DNA of 64,000 bases from Candidatus Latescibacterota bacterium (GCA_965217865.1 CBDCJO010000001.1:576001-640000); one strand, 5' to 3'; shown: positions 41,318 to 52,936, counted from the first letter of the stretch. Notes: a model not told the origin generated them from the sequence alone. A program made the numbers and translations.

Positions 41318-41817
41318 CCGGAATTGACTTGTTTCCGGGAGGGCCCGCGGCCTCGCGGGCCGTATTCGGTTAACCGACGTCGGTAATGCCTCTCCCCTAA
41401 TCAAATCTATTCACCATTAAAATTCATCCAATTCGCCTTGAAAATCGCCAAACCCTTGACCACTTGGGATTCTGAAAATCCCTGACCTTATCGATTGGGA
41501 TGTTAGCGGACGCCGAGGCCGGCGTCCCCTCCATCTAATCCCGTCGCCTTTTCATATCACCAAATTCACCGGAATCGACCTGTTTCCGGGAGGGCCCGCG
41601 GCCTCGCGGGCCGTATTCGGTTAACCGACGCCGATAATGCCTCTCCCCTAATCAAATGGGTTCACCATTAAAATTCATCCAATTCGCCTTGAAAACCACC
41701 AAACCCTTGACCCCATGGGATTCTGAAAATCCCTGACCTTATCGATTGGGATGTTAGCGGACGCCGAGGCCGGCGTCCCTCCCATCTAAACCCGTCGCCT
41801 TTTCATATCACCAAATT
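41318..41817. repeat. Tandem duplication, 2 x 251 bp, with GC palindromes
   Basis: 41330 tgtttccgggagggcccgcggcctcgcgggcc... repeated at 41581. Confidence 0.9.
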
Positions 41818-41828
41818 ATCCCTGCCAC

Positions 41829-42839
41829 TTGAAATATGAGGAAATAATGCGCAACAAAATACTCCTTTCCCCCGTATTCAAAAACCCCCGATTCGACTCA
41901 GAGCATCGTCAAAAGGGCCTTGACGAACTCCAAGCACTCGCCGACCTGGAGCCATACGACACCGAATTGACTGGGGAGATGGCCAAGGGGGTCGTGGGGG
42001 TAATCGCCAACTCCGCTCTCATCCACCCCGAATTTTACGAAGAAGGGAAGGACCTCAGGATCATTGCCCGCTGGGGGGTCGGTTACGAAAAGGTCAACCT
42101 GGTCGTGGCCACGCAGCACGGAGTCATCGTTACCGTTTCTCCGGAACACATGGATACGGTCGCCGAATATGCCATCACCCAGTGGATGGCCACGATGAAG
42201 CGGGTATATACCCTGAACCGGATGTCACACAGCGGCGACTACTCCCTCATCCGGACCTATGAAGCACGGGGCTCATCCCTTGGACTTTACGGGTTCGGCC
42301 GGATCGGACAGGCCGTAGCTTCCCGGGCAAGGCCCCTCCTCGGGGATGAGGGCCGACTCCTCGTCTACGACATCCGTCCCGATATCAAGGAACTCGCAGC
42401 AAAATTCAATGCCGAAGCCGTGGACGATCCAACGACCCTCTTCAGAGAATGCGACACCGTCTCCCTTCACGTCGCCGGTGACGACACCATCGTCAACTAC
42501 GAACAACTCTGCGCCATGAAACCCCATGCCTCCCTGATCAATCCGTCGAGGGGGAACCTCGTTGATGACCAGGCCGTGAATCGGGCCGTCCGGGAGGACC
42601 GGATCTGCTATTACGTCGTGGACGATCCAGTGAACGGGCCGAGAGAGATACACCGGGACCATCCCCGCATCATCTGCACGAACCACAACGCCGGAATTAC
42701 CGACCAGTCCACGATCCGCCTGGACCGCCGGACCTTCGCCCAGGTCACGGACGCCATAAACGGTCGGGAACCCGCTCACATCCTGAATCGAGAAGTCCTG
42801 GAACACCCAAAGGTAAAGGCCAATCTTAAAAAACATTGA
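41829..42839 (+). CDS. D-isomer-specific 2-hydroxyacid dehydrogenase (SerA-like)
   Basis: IIARWGVGYE, GLYGFGRIG, LINPSRGNLVD, TNHNAG. Confidence 0.88.
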   Translation: MKYEEIMRNKILLSPVFKNPRFDSEHRQKGLDELQALADLEPYDTELTGEMAKGVVGVIANSALIHPEFYEEGKDLRIIARWGVGYEKVNLVVATQHGVIVTVSPEHMDTVAEYAITQWMATMKRVYTLNRMSHSGDYSLIRTYEARGSSLGLYGFGRIGQAVASRARPLLGDEGRLLVYDIRPDIKELAAKFNAEAVDDPTTLFRECDTVSLHVAGDDTIVNYEQLCAMKPHASLINPSRGNLVDDQAVNRAVREDRICYYVVDDPVNGPREIHRDHPRIICTNHNAGITDQSTIRLDRRTFAQVTDAINGREPAHILNREVLEHPKVKANLKKH

Positions 42840-43093
42840 ATATTGAAGATCGGAGAATTGAATATTTCAATCCCTGACCTCCTCCACTTACACCAATCTT
42901 TAATGCCCCTTTCAATCTTTAATTTTAAAGCTGGCATATGAAATTAGCCGGCCTTTTGGCTCCCTCACCCCGCCTCGCAAGGCTCGGCACCCCTCTCCCG
43001 TGTGCCGGGAGAGGGGAAGTGCGGTTGACTGTCTGCCTTTAGATTTGCAATTTCCTCCTTTGAGCTCCGACCCTATGACCTCTGGCCTCTGAT

Positions 43094-43888
43094 ATGACGC
43101 TTTTCCTTATCTTCCTCCTCTGCCTGGCCTCCTCCCCTGCCTACGGCAAAGAGATCACCATTAGCCTCCCTGGCGGCGCGACAATGGAGATGGTCTGGAT
43201 CGAACCCGGAACGTTCCGGATGGGGTCGCCGCCGTCCGAGCCGGAACGTCGCGAAAATGAAGGCCCGATGCACGAGAGGGTCATTTCGAAAGGATTTTTC
43301 CTGGGGAAGTATGAGGTGACACAGGCCCAGTGGATAAGCGTGATGGAGTGGCGTCCGTGGTTGGGAAAGGATAAAAAATACGTAGAGGAAAGTCCGCAAA
43401 TTCCTGCGGTCTGCATATCCTGGACCGACGCGCAACAGTTCATCGACAGGTTGAATGCCGCTGAGGGAAGGGATGTCTATCGGTTACCGATTGAGGCAGA
43501 GTGGGAGTACGCTTCCCGGGCAGGGACCACTACCCGATGGTCATTCGGGGAAAACGAAGGATTGCTCAAACAGCACACCTGGTATTTCACACCCCCCGAC
43601 CGTCCGGGCAAGGACCGTTCGCAGAAAGTCGGGATGAAGCGGCCGAACCCGTGGAAGTTGTATGACACACACGGAAACGTGTGGGAGTGGGTTCAGGACA
43701 AATATCATCCCTATTTCGCTCATAACCCGCCTGATTCCGCGGCCCCGGACTCGAACACCTACCGCGTTTTGCGAGGGGGCGCCTTCAGCACCCTCCCCCT
43801 TTCCACTCGATCCGCAAGCCGCTGCGGTTACGATCCGTCCGGCCGCATAAGCAGCGTAGGTTTTCGGATATTAAAGGAAGCCGAATAA
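43094..43888 (+). CDS. Secreted FGE-sulfatase (SUMF1 / C-lectin fold) domain protein
   Basis: Signal peptide; FRMGS, YEVTQAQW, RLPIEAEWEYASRAGT, GNVWEW, RVLRGG, GFR. Confidence 0.92.
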   Translation: MTLFLIFLLCLASSPAYGKEITISLPGGATMEMVWIEPGTFRMGSPPSEPERRENEGPMHERVISKGFFLGKYEVTQAQWISVMEWRPWLGKDKKYVEESPQIPAVCISWTDAQQFIDRLNAAEGRDVYRLPIEAEWEYASRAGTTTRWSFGENEGLLKQHTWYFTPPDRPGKDRSQKVGMKRPNPWKLYDTHGNVWEWVQDKYHPYFAHNPPDSAAPDSNTYRVLRGGAFSTLPLSTRSASRCGYDPSGRISSVGFRILKEAE

Positions 43889-43925
43889 GCCCATACCCTC
43901 TCCAACCTCACCCGGACTTCTCCCC

Positions 43926-43954
43926 TTGACTCTGATGAGCCAATGATTTATAAT
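43926..43954 (+). promoter_or_regulatory. Sigma70 promoter of tRNA-Asn
   Basis: TTGACT-17bp-TATAAT, 24 bp before the tRNA. Confidence 0.8.
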
Positions 43955-43977
43955 TTAACCCCTGAGATACTCGAGAT

Positions 43978-44053
43978 TCCGGCGTAGCTCAGTTGGCAGA
44001 GCAGGTGGCTGTTAACCACCGGGTCGCAGGTTCGAGTCCTGCCGCCGGAGCCA
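43978..44053 (+). tRNA. tRNA-Asn (anticodon GTT)
   Basis: 76 nt; acceptor stem TCCGGCG/CGCCGGA, D-arm AGCTCAGTTGGCAGAGC, anticodon arm GGTGG-CTGTTAA-CCACC, GGTTCGAGTCC T-arm, CCA end. Confidence 0.97.
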
Positions 44054-44345
44054 GATTCCAATCCGCCAACTTCGGCGGTCGTCCGTTAACGCAAGACCCC
44101 GTGGGGCAACCCCTTCGGGGTCTTGTCGTTTCTGTCGTATTCACAAACACTTGGGCCATCTCCGCCCCCTCTCTGCCGGTTCTCTGTCTCGAAGCGCTCC
44201 CCCCGGTGTTCGAGCGCAACCGTGGGGTTGCGTCCGTTGGGCAGAGATATCTCCTCCGGATTCTCTGATTCTCTGTTTTTCCCGTCGGCCTTATTTAACA
44301 GCCTGGTTCGACGTTTCGGAAGGTCCTCCGGTACGTATTCACTGG
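44054..44345 (+). repeat. Island-end non-coding sequence downstream of the tRNA (homologue at 24521-24830)
   Basis: Hairpins ccgcc-aacttc-ggcgg and aagacccc...ggggtctt; diverged copy elsewhere in the window. Confidence 0.8.
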
Positions 44346-45568
44346 AAGCCATCGTGGCATTAACCGATCCGCATCCTTTGGTTTGACGTGTCCTGTGTCT
44401 GACCGTAGCGAAGGTTGATTCAATCTGATTTGTGCTGCGCAGGTGGAGCCAGTGTATCGCCGGGAAATCGTAATAGGTGAAAAGCACATCCCTGTCCTTG
44501 GTCAGGCACTCGCAGGCCTTCGGATATCTGGCCTGGTAGAGTTCGCAGAATCGATCATAGGTCGTCAGGGCGTGTTTTCGGCTCGGTGATCGATACATTT
44601 CGTGGATCAGCCGCTTAGCTGTCGGGCTGAACAGATTTCGGGAGTTTGTCCAGCACGTTGGCAGTCTTATGGACCCAACATCGCTGGTGCTTTGTCCGGG
44701 GGTACTCCTCTTCCAATGCCGCCCAGAAGCCCAGAGAACCGTCTCCTACGGCCAGGGATGGGTCGATCGTCAAACCTCGTGCTTTGAGGTCCCGCAACAG
44801 GGTTTGCCAGGAGAGCTTGCTCTCGCGCTGACCGTCCTCGATAGCGATGACTTCCTTGCGAGCCTTCAGCTGTTGCACCGACCAGCACGAGCACACAGGG
44901 ACGATCCTTATCCAGGCGCACGTTGAAATAGATCCCGTCCGCCCACACATACACGTAGTGTTTTCCGGTCAGGTCGCGCTGCTTCCAGCTCTTATACTCA
45001 TCTTCCCAGATTTGCTTCAGCCTGGTGACATTAGTCGGTGATAAACCCGGTGCACCTTTACCGGGAATCGCCTCCAGGGCCTCAGAGAAGGAGGATGTCG
45101 AGACGCCTTTCAGATACAGCGTGGGGATCAGCGTGTCGATACTGGGAGAACGGCGGGCATATTTGGGCAGAATCGCACTTGTGAACCGTTGTCCTTCCCT
45201 GCGGTCGTTCACACGAGGTTGCTTTATCGGAATCTTGCCGATGCCGGTGGTCACTTCCCGCTGCTTGTGAGATCCATTTACGAACGACTTGGCGGTGGCC
45301 CTGTTCATCTGAAATGCTTTTGTAACAATTAACGTATTCAGACACCTCATGCTCTAATGCAGCCTGCAGCATTCTCCGGGCACCTCTCCGAAACAGGTTT
45401 TCCAGAGAGTCGATCGCTGCATCTTCGACTATGCATCCGACTTCTAATGAGGTATATTCTTCCATAGAGCGTGTCCTTTCTCCCTCGAATGAGGGCGTTT
45501 TGATATTTTGGGATATCAAAGGATACGCTCTTTAGTTTTTCTTATCCACAACTTTCAAATATATCTCC
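44345..45568 (-). mobile_element. IS256-family element, frameshifted and 3'-truncated
   Basis: ARRMLQAALEHEV, LYLKGVST, YVWADGIY, QRCWVHKTANVL, HLRSTNQIESTFATVR spread over several frames; left end gagatatatttgaaagttgtggata. Confidence 0.9.
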
Positions 45569-45699
45569 GAACTCGAAGCCGGGAGACGGGAGACTCGAAC
45601 CTGGGTAGGAACGTAGCCAGTGCGATGGAGGCACTCTGCATCAAAGTTCCGGTCTCCTGACTTCATCGGCGCCACTACGATCCGTGTCATACCCAACTC

Positions 45700-46130
45700 C
45701 TCCCGGCCCGCCTCGTCTTACCAAATCAAGCGCCCTGCCAACTCCACGCATCCGCCGGCCAGAAGCAATCCGGGCGAGGGCGGCAGGTGAGCAGGCTATC
45801 CGGTCCATTGGGCGAGAATCGCGTCCCGGCCTTACACGGCGCCAGGAAGCGCCCCACAGATGGCCGCGTTGGTGTCGGTGTCTCCGCCGCGCATGACCGT
45901 GTCCACCACGGCTTCCTCCAGGTTTCGCGCATAGGAAGGGCTGCCAAAGGGCGTTGCGGAACGCCGTCAGAACCTGGCCCTGTTGGTGGACGTAGTCGGC
46001 TGTAGGCGCGATGGCGGCGCCTTGGGGCACCGGGCAAGCTATCACCGTATTCCATATCTTCGGCCCAGCCTGCGATCTGCCGATAGAGGTCCGGCATCGC
46101 ACTCTGCACGAACGGCTTGGGCAATCATCT
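45700..46130 (-). pseudogene. ADP-ribosylglycohydrolase C-terminal fragment
   Basis: QQGQVLTAFRNALWQ, then other frame EEAVVDTVMRGGDTDTNAAICGAL. Confidence 0.75.
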
Positions 46131-46738
46131 CGACTCTGTTTCAAGGCGTCTCCACGTGCCTGCCAGGGCACGGGAAGAGCACGCCTGATCCCTTTGAAAA
46201 CAAATACTCATGTGCGAATGCGCGTCATACTTTCAAGGGGGGGACAAAAGTGAATTGCACTCCCATACCGGAAACCGCGAGGTTCTTGTTGCAAGCAAAA
46301 ATTCAGGAAAAAAACCATTGATCTCTTTAGATGAAATCTTGACGAATATCTTGCAAAATTGTATTATATACAACGTTTTGAAGGAGGATGGGTGGGATGA
46401 ACACTGAATTATTGTGGAAATCGAAAAGGAGGCCGGAAAAAACTTCGAAAAAGGGCTATTTTTGATGTCCGGAAGGACAAAATGGGGTGAAGGATTTTCC
46501 GGCTTCCGTGTGATTTTCCGGACAGAACCATCGGATCAGCCATGTTTTACGCTTCTGCGTATCCGGAACAAAATGGATGAAGTGGTGAACTTGAGGGTTC
46601 TCCGGCTGCCGTGTGATTTCCTGGAGTTCGAGCTCGGACATTCCAGAACTCCATTGCACGATGAAGGGGAAAAAACCGAATGTCAAAAAAACTCAATATG
46701 CTGATAAATATGGGATATGTACAAGGGAATAACACATC

Positions 46739-47590
46739 TTGAAAACGTCCAAACGCCACGAATCGATGATCGGTTTTTGTGCATTATGGCTCCGGACGGC
46801 ACTCGTCTCGGCTGTTATGGCGGCTGTCATTCCGGTCATGGCATTCGCGCAGGCGGGCCTGCCCACTATGTCGCCTGAAGATTTCTATTTGGTGACGGGA
46901 GTTGTTTTCGACTGGTCGGGAAAAACGCGATTCAAGGATAAGGATTGTTCGAGCGCCTCTCCGAATGCGCTTTATGGCTGCGGGACCGGCGTGGACGGCG
47001 CACCTTTGAGCTCGCTCGGCGATTTCGGACCAATGGCCGGTTTCAATCTCGGGGTTGGCTATGTCGTGGTGCCTGCCCTGCGGCTGGAGGCTGTGATTCA
47101 GTATCGTCCGGGCTTTTCATTCGAGGGTCGCGCCAATTTTGTGCAACCCAAGGCCACGGACAGGCAGGCGGTTTCGGCGAATTTGTCCTCCCTGTCCGGC
47201 ATGCTTGCCGCTTACCTGGACCTTGCCGAATCTGGCCTGCCCCGGCTCGGTCCCTTCAGCCCCTTTACCGGGGGTGGCGTCGGCCTGTCCCGCATCGGTA
47301 TTGATGAAACGCGGATGGCGTTCCTGAAGACGACGACCGTCGTTCCGCGCGGGACGACGGTTAATTTCGCCTGGATGCTGACCGCGGGAGTGTCGACATC
47401 GCTACGGAAGAGGATGATCCTTGGTCTTGCCTGGCGTTACACGGATTCCGGCATCGTCGAAACCGGCAAGACCAAGGGTCGGATTGTCTGGCGCGACGGA
47501 AGTCGCGACCCGCTGGAGATCGATCTTGCCGAAACCAGAGCGAATCTGTCGAGCCAGGGACTTCGGATATCCTTGCGCTACGTGTTCTGA
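46739..47590 (+). CDS. Outer-membrane beta-barrel (opacity/OmpA-like) protein
   Basis: Signal peptide, amphipathic strands (GVGY...LRLE, PFTGGGVGLS, NFAWMLTAGV), C-terminal LRYVF. Confidence 0.85.
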   Translation: MKTSKRHESMIGFCALWLRTALVSAVMAAVIPVMAFAQAGLPTMSPEDFYLVTGVVFDWSGKTRFKDKDCSSASPNALYGCGTGVDGAPLSSLGDFGPMAGFNLGVGYVVVPALRLEAVIQYRPGFSFEGRANFVQPKATDRQAVSANLSSLSGMLAAYLDLAESGLPRLGPFSPFTGGGVGLSRIGIDETRMAFLKTTTVVPRGTTVNFAWMLTAGVSTSLRKRMILGLAWRYTDSGIVETGKTKGRIVWRDGSRDPLEIDLAETRANLSSQGLRISLRYVF

Positions 47591-48202
47591 AGCCGTGGAG
47601 CTCACCCGCTAAACGTGAGCGTCATGGCAGTCGAATCTGACGCGACGCCGTTCAGGGTCATTCCAATCGCCATCGACACGCTCAGCGGAGACACGAACAC
47701 ATTGAACCGCACTAATAGAACCTCAGATATCAGGCGTTCCGGGGTCAAGGCCGGGGTCCGGGCCGTGCCGGACCATCGTGCCCCATATATAAGGGGGGGG
47801 TATGGGGCATAAATCGACGTTGATTTGTTACACCACTCATTTTTCTAGGTTGTTGTACCACCGCCGCTTACCTACTACTACCCGGCCAGACCGTGCCGAT
47901 ACAGAGGAAAAGGGAAGGACGGAAGCGACCCCCCCCTTTTTGCCGCTCTATCGGCAAACAGGGCGGGGGTTTGGGGCAGGGTTTGTTACAGGGTTTGAGG
48001 CATACCCTGCCCCCCCTTATGGGGGTCGCTTCCGTCCGATTTATCCCTGCGGGAAGGCACTCTATCCATCAGGAGGCTGGCATGGCCAGCGTGACGCATC
48101 ACCAGCGAGTGGATTCCTTTTGGGGATTCCACCTGGATCTGAAACCTATCGTATTTTAGGCCATATTGGCCACAACTGGTGCTAAAATCAACGGGGAGGC
48201 GC

Positions 48203-48394
48203 ATGCAAATCTTGAGCGCGAAAGAAGCAAAATACGGCTTCGGACGGCTGATCGACCTCGCCCGCGCCAAGCCCATCACGGTGGCCAAGCATGGGCGGCC
48301 AGTTGTAGTCGTGCTCTCGGTAGAGGAATACGAGCGGCTGAAAGACCTGGATACGCCTGAAACACCCCCGGTAGGGGAGGAAGAACGGAAGTGA
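48203..48394 (+). CDS. Phd/YefM-family antitoxin (orphan)
   Basis: MQILSAKEAKYGFGRLIDLARAKPITVAKHGRPVVVVLSVEEYERL; GGGGAGG RBS. Confidence 0.88.
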   Translation: MQILSAKEAKYGFGRLIDLARAKPITVAKHGRPVVVVLSVEEYERLKDLDTPETPPVGEEERK

Positions 48395-48424
48395 ACAACA
48401 ACGGAATGGAAGGCTGTTGACGGC

Positions 48425-48990
48425 ATGGACAAGCGGAGCCTCTCGGAACGCGACATCTGCACCAGGTTCATCACGCCCGCCTTGCGAAAGGCCGGATGGG
48501 ACGAGATGACGCAAATCCGCGAGGAAGTCAGTTTTACCAAGGGACCCATCATCGTGCGTGGCAAGCTGGTCAGCCGGGGCAAGGGCAAGCGTGCCGACTA
48601 CATCCTCTACTACAAATCCAATATCCCGATTGCCGTGATCGAGGCCAAGGACAACACCCACGCCATCGGCGACGGCCTGCAGCAGGCTCTCGACTACGCC
48701 ACCACGCTCAACATTCCTTTTGTTTTCTCTTCCAACGGCGACGGCTTTGTCTTTCACGACAGGACAGGAATGAATGCCCAAACGGAAGCGACCCTCGGCC
48801 TCGACGGTTTCCCGATCCCCAGCGATCTGTGGACCCGTTACCGGGCCTGGAAGGGCCTGACAGCGGAAGCTGAAGAAGTCTTCCTTCAGGACTATTTCGA
48901 CGACGCTAGCGGCAAGGCGCCACGCTACTATCAGGTCAACGCTATCAACGCTGCCATCGAAGCCATCGCCAAGGGGCGCGAACGTATCCA
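48425..48990 (+). pseudogene. hsdR: Type I restriction subunit R (EcoAI/EcoEI-like) N-terminal fragment
   Basis: LSERDICTRFITPAL, RADYILY...IAVIEAKDN, SSNGDGF, PRYYQVNAIN; breaks before Walker A. Confidence 0.9.
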
Positions 48991-51785
48991 CCGCGCGCGT
49001 AGTCCCGGAGGAGGATATGGGGAGGCGGACTCCCCGAAGCGAAGACTCTCTCGTACACACACGTTGCCAGAGTACCGACTGCGACAGGATCATGGCAGCG
49101 CATGGCGACCCCGTACGCCACGGCGTAGACGCGCTCGGCCACGTACGGATCGTCAACATCAGCGAACTGCCCAACGAGTCGGACGACAGCCGCCATGCGG
49201 TCTGTCAGAAGACTCACGAGAGCCGTCGTTGCGCGGTCACGCAAAAACCGATTCGAGGTGGTGAGCATCCACGAGAGCGCGACGGCGCACAGGTCAACGG
49301 CCTCGTCATCGATTGACGTGCTCGGGTTCAGCGAAGACGCCCAATCCACAAGCCTGTCGACGGCGCCCTGCGTACGATACGCGTGGTGAAGGTACACGCT
49401 CCACCGCGCGTCACGATCCGGCATCGCGTTTCTCCGAAGCAACCGATCGAGAAACTGCGCATTAAGCGGATGTCCAGGTAACGTAGCTACGGTGAGCAGC
49501 ACGTCGAGGGTGTCGCGCCAATCGTCCTCGCTTCGGCACAGCGTGTTCAGCGCTCGGCGCGTGTCCTCCGAGAAAGCTGAGTATGTGCGCCAGACGAGGC
49601 TCTGCCGGAACGCGTCCCCAAGTCCCCAACGATCGGCACAGGTTGGAGCGACAGAGATGAGTTCCTGTCCGGTCTGCTCGGGAATCTGGATGCATAGGGC
49701 CTCAAGAAGACCGGGCGAAACGCGGTGCTTATTGTCGCAGATGAACGCCAGACCTCCCACCGCCGCAAATGCAGAGGCGGGGTCGTTGACGTCCAGGTAT
49801 CTGCTCAGCAAGCTCCTGGCCACGAGGTGGTCGGCAAAGCGCTCGTATGCAATGAAGACTACCACCTCGGGAGTCGCGTCCTGCGATGGCACCACTTCCT
49901 CAACGAGGACACCTTCTGCGACCAGTCCCTGGTAGAGAGATCGCCCGAAGTCGCGTCCGGGAAGAAAACGGTTGACGACTTCTACTGCCTTCGCCAGGGT
50001 AAGCCAAGGATCGCCGGAGTCGAGGATCACCTCTGCAACAGCTTCTACGGCCTGTCGTACGAGCGGCGTCCGGGAATCGAAATCAAGACTCGACGCCAGC
50101 CGCTCGTTGACCGCCCTGAGATACAAGTCGAACACGGCTGTGATGCCTTGAAAGCCGCGAGGAAGGCGACGCGCCCCATTCGCATTGAGACCTTGGCACA
50201 ACGTCTTGAGAAACAGAGGGTTCTGGAACTCCGGCGCAAGAAGCGGCGTCGATGGAAGCTCTAGGCCGTAGTGAACGAAGAACGTCTTGGTGGCGTCGTA
50301 CTCATGCCCCTTGAATCCTGAGTGCGTCACGACGGTGGCACGGGAGTGTACGTCGGCGGGAAGGATGAACTTCTCGAAAGACGAGCGGACGGTGAGCACC
50401 ACGCCAATCCAGGGCGAGCTCTCCAAGGGTGCCAGAAAGGCACCGAGATGACTTGGCCAAATGTTCCGTCCGGCGCCCTCATTGATCGCGTCGATCATCA
50501 CCAGTGCTCGTGAGCCCGCGGCCTGCGCTACGGCTTCGAGCGCGCCGACGAACTCCTCTGCGGACAGACTGGACAGGTCCAACTGCTGCAGCACTTGGGA
50601 CCAAGGTACATCGTTGCTCACGAAGCGTTGGCCCATAAGCAACACCGTTGGTCGACCTGCAGAGACGCGCTGGCGTGCAAGGTCACATAGTAAATGAGTC
50701 TTCCCAGTGCCTGCTGCGCCTCGGAGGACCATCAAAGGGCTGTCCGCAATCTGATCCGCATGTACGAACGATTCCCGCGCCACTTCGAGCTCGGATATGA
50801 GATGCAGGAGCCGAATTCTGCGATCTCGAAACGGGTTACTCCTGTAGGAAGATCGGCGTTTCTTCTTGTCCTTCGCTTCTGGCTTGGCCTCCAACTCTCG
50901 TTCGCGTTGCTCCAGGAGTCGTGAGAGCTCCTCGCCTGCTTCTTCTGCAGCGTGGATTTGCCCCGATATGGCTCTGAACGGGAGCGGACCCGTTGCCTGC
51001 ACATCGATGGCGCCTATCGCGGTGAGGACCGCCTGAACCTTCGACGGCACGACGGCCAGCGCAGCATCAACAGTCGGGTCGGCCGCGCCCTCTGAATACT
51101 CGACCGCTCTCAATTTTCTTCGGATTCTCCGGCCACTAGCCTTCTCCCGGTCGAAGAAGCGATCGGTGCGTCCGAACGCTTCGAACTCCCACATGATGGG
51201 CAGGTCAACGCGGATCTCGGGGGTGTAACGAGGTCCTGCGGTCCGCAATGCCTCGTCGAGCCTTGCCGTAAACCATGCGGGATCGAAGCCTCGAACATCG
51301 AACCAGAATCGGACACGCCCGATATGTTCCGGTCGGGCTAAGCGTTCGAGCAGCTCATGGCTGCCCCAATAGATGAATTCGACCGTCATTCCGCGATCGG
51401 ATGCCCACCCACTCCACTTCGCGACGTGGTCATCCCAGCGCTCTTTCGCCGACTTTCGGCCCTCAATCCGCGCATCTGCTCGATCTACCGGCACGCAGAC
51501 GAAATAGCGGACTAGCTTTGGATGCTTCTCGAGTGCCGTCTTGATGCTGCCGTCGATCTGAGACCACTGCGAATCCCCAAGTCCGTCTATGTACTTGGAC
51601 TGCCAGACCCACTCGGCGCCGTCACTCAGGACTGCATAGCACTCAACTCCAGCGTCCGGAGTCCCTTTTCGCACGAACGTTGACCCGGAGGGCCTTTCCG
51701 CCCGGGCAAGCTGGGCGCACAGCTCCTCGAAGCCCTTGTCTCGTCCACCCTTCAGGGGCCTGATACTGTTCCAGTCAAGCGTCAT
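48945..51785 (-). pseudogene. avs2: AVAST type 2 (Avs2)-like nuclease-STAND NTPase, C-terminally truncated
   Basis: N-terminal FEELCAQL...DAGVEC...WQSKY nuclease, GAAGTGKT, MIDAINE, SNRFLRDRAT, DDPYVAER; ends at LLRDYARG where it collides with the hsdR fragment. Confidence 0.8.
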
Positions 51786-52020
51786 TCAGCTCATACCTCA
51801 GTGGTCCAAGAACATACTGCCTATGGATGTAGCATTCAGCCGCTTGGAGCTTCGCTACACGGCGCAGGAGCAAGTCCAGCACACCGCCGAATTGTGAAGA
51901 GCTTAGGCTGCGCGGCCGATGACGACTGCCGCGAGGCCGCCCGCCAGGAGCCTGACCGACGCCGCTGATCGAAAAAGTCCGTGCGCCGATAAGCCGCCTC
52001 GACCTCTTTTCGGACCTCGT

Positions 52021-52170
52021 CGCGGAAGGTATTCGCAAGCGCTTTGTGGTCCAAGGGCTCGACGCAGCCCTTGAGCGGAAGAAGCGAGAACGACCGCCCA
52101 TCGAACCGATTCTGGACGGCGAAAAGGAAGCTCGCTTGATGGCCATGGCCTGCAGCCAGCGGCCGAAAGG
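52021..52170 (+). mobile_element. Internal IS630 fragment
   Basis: Matches 5661-5810 with few mismatches; no IS ends. Confidence 0.9.
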
Positions 52171-52760
52171 ACGGATGGCACATTGATCTTCCGAAACGCG
52201 GGTGCGCTCTTCTTTGCCAAGAACGTGCGCCGCTTTTTTCCGCAGGCCTACATCACCTGCCTGCTGGCAAGGGGCACTGACAAGGTATACATCCTGGATC
52301 GCAAGGATTTCGACGGCGGGATCGTGGCCGACATCGAGGACGTCCTGCGTTTCGTCGAGCGCAATACTCGCACTGCGTATCGCATAGAGGGACTCAAGCG
52401 TGAGAATGTCCCGGAGTATCCGACCAACGCCCTGCGGGAGGCGATCACGAATGCGGTGATGCACCGCGATTGGTTTGTTGACGGGGCCAACGTCTTTGTC
52501 GAGATCTACGCCGACTGCATCGAGGTTGTGAGCCCGGGCAGCCTGCCTCGGGGCTTGTCGCTCGCCGATCTTGGGAGCAAGAGTGTTCGTCGGAACGCGT
52601 TGATCGCCGACCTGCTCTCGCATCGACTTCATAGAGAAGGCGGGCACCGGTATCCGGCGTATCCGGAACGAGACTCGCGCGCAGGGTTGCCCCGAGCCTG
52701 AATTCGAGGTCAACGGCTTCTTCACTGCCACCTTTTGGCCCAGCCCTGAGGTGCGGGCAA
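52171..52760 (+). pseudogene. AlbA/Schlafen-associated ATP-binding (HATPase-like) protein fragment
   Basis: EYPTNALREAITNAVMHRDW, IEVVSPGSLP, RRNALIADL; frameshifted before EKAGTG. Confidence 0.8.
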
Positions 52761-52936
52761 GGGCGCGAAGGCGAGCGCCCGTTCCAGTTCCGGATTCTGT
52801 AATTCGTCTTGTACTGACGGCTGACTCGGCTCGACTTCCCTGCGGCCAGGACGTGGCTCCTCCCATCTCCGTCTACTTCTTGGGCGAAGGGGGGGCCGGG
52901 GAGGCGGCGAAGGATAAGGTGCACATCTGCTGAATC

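Noticed and set aside
43094-43888. Diversity-generating retroelement target (C-lectin/FGE fold)
   Set aside because: No template repeat of the 3' end and no reverse transcriptase seen in the window.
16935-48394. Functional toxin-antitoxin pair (PIN fragment and Phd)
   Set aside because: 31 kb apart and the PIN gene lacks its N-terminus.
36328-52866. Long antisense ORFs (e.g. 36328-37365, 48188-49174, 51775-52866; also 2196-3092 and 58018-58836)
   Set aside because: Shadows of recognisable genes on the opposite strand in GC-rich DNA; no motifs of their own.
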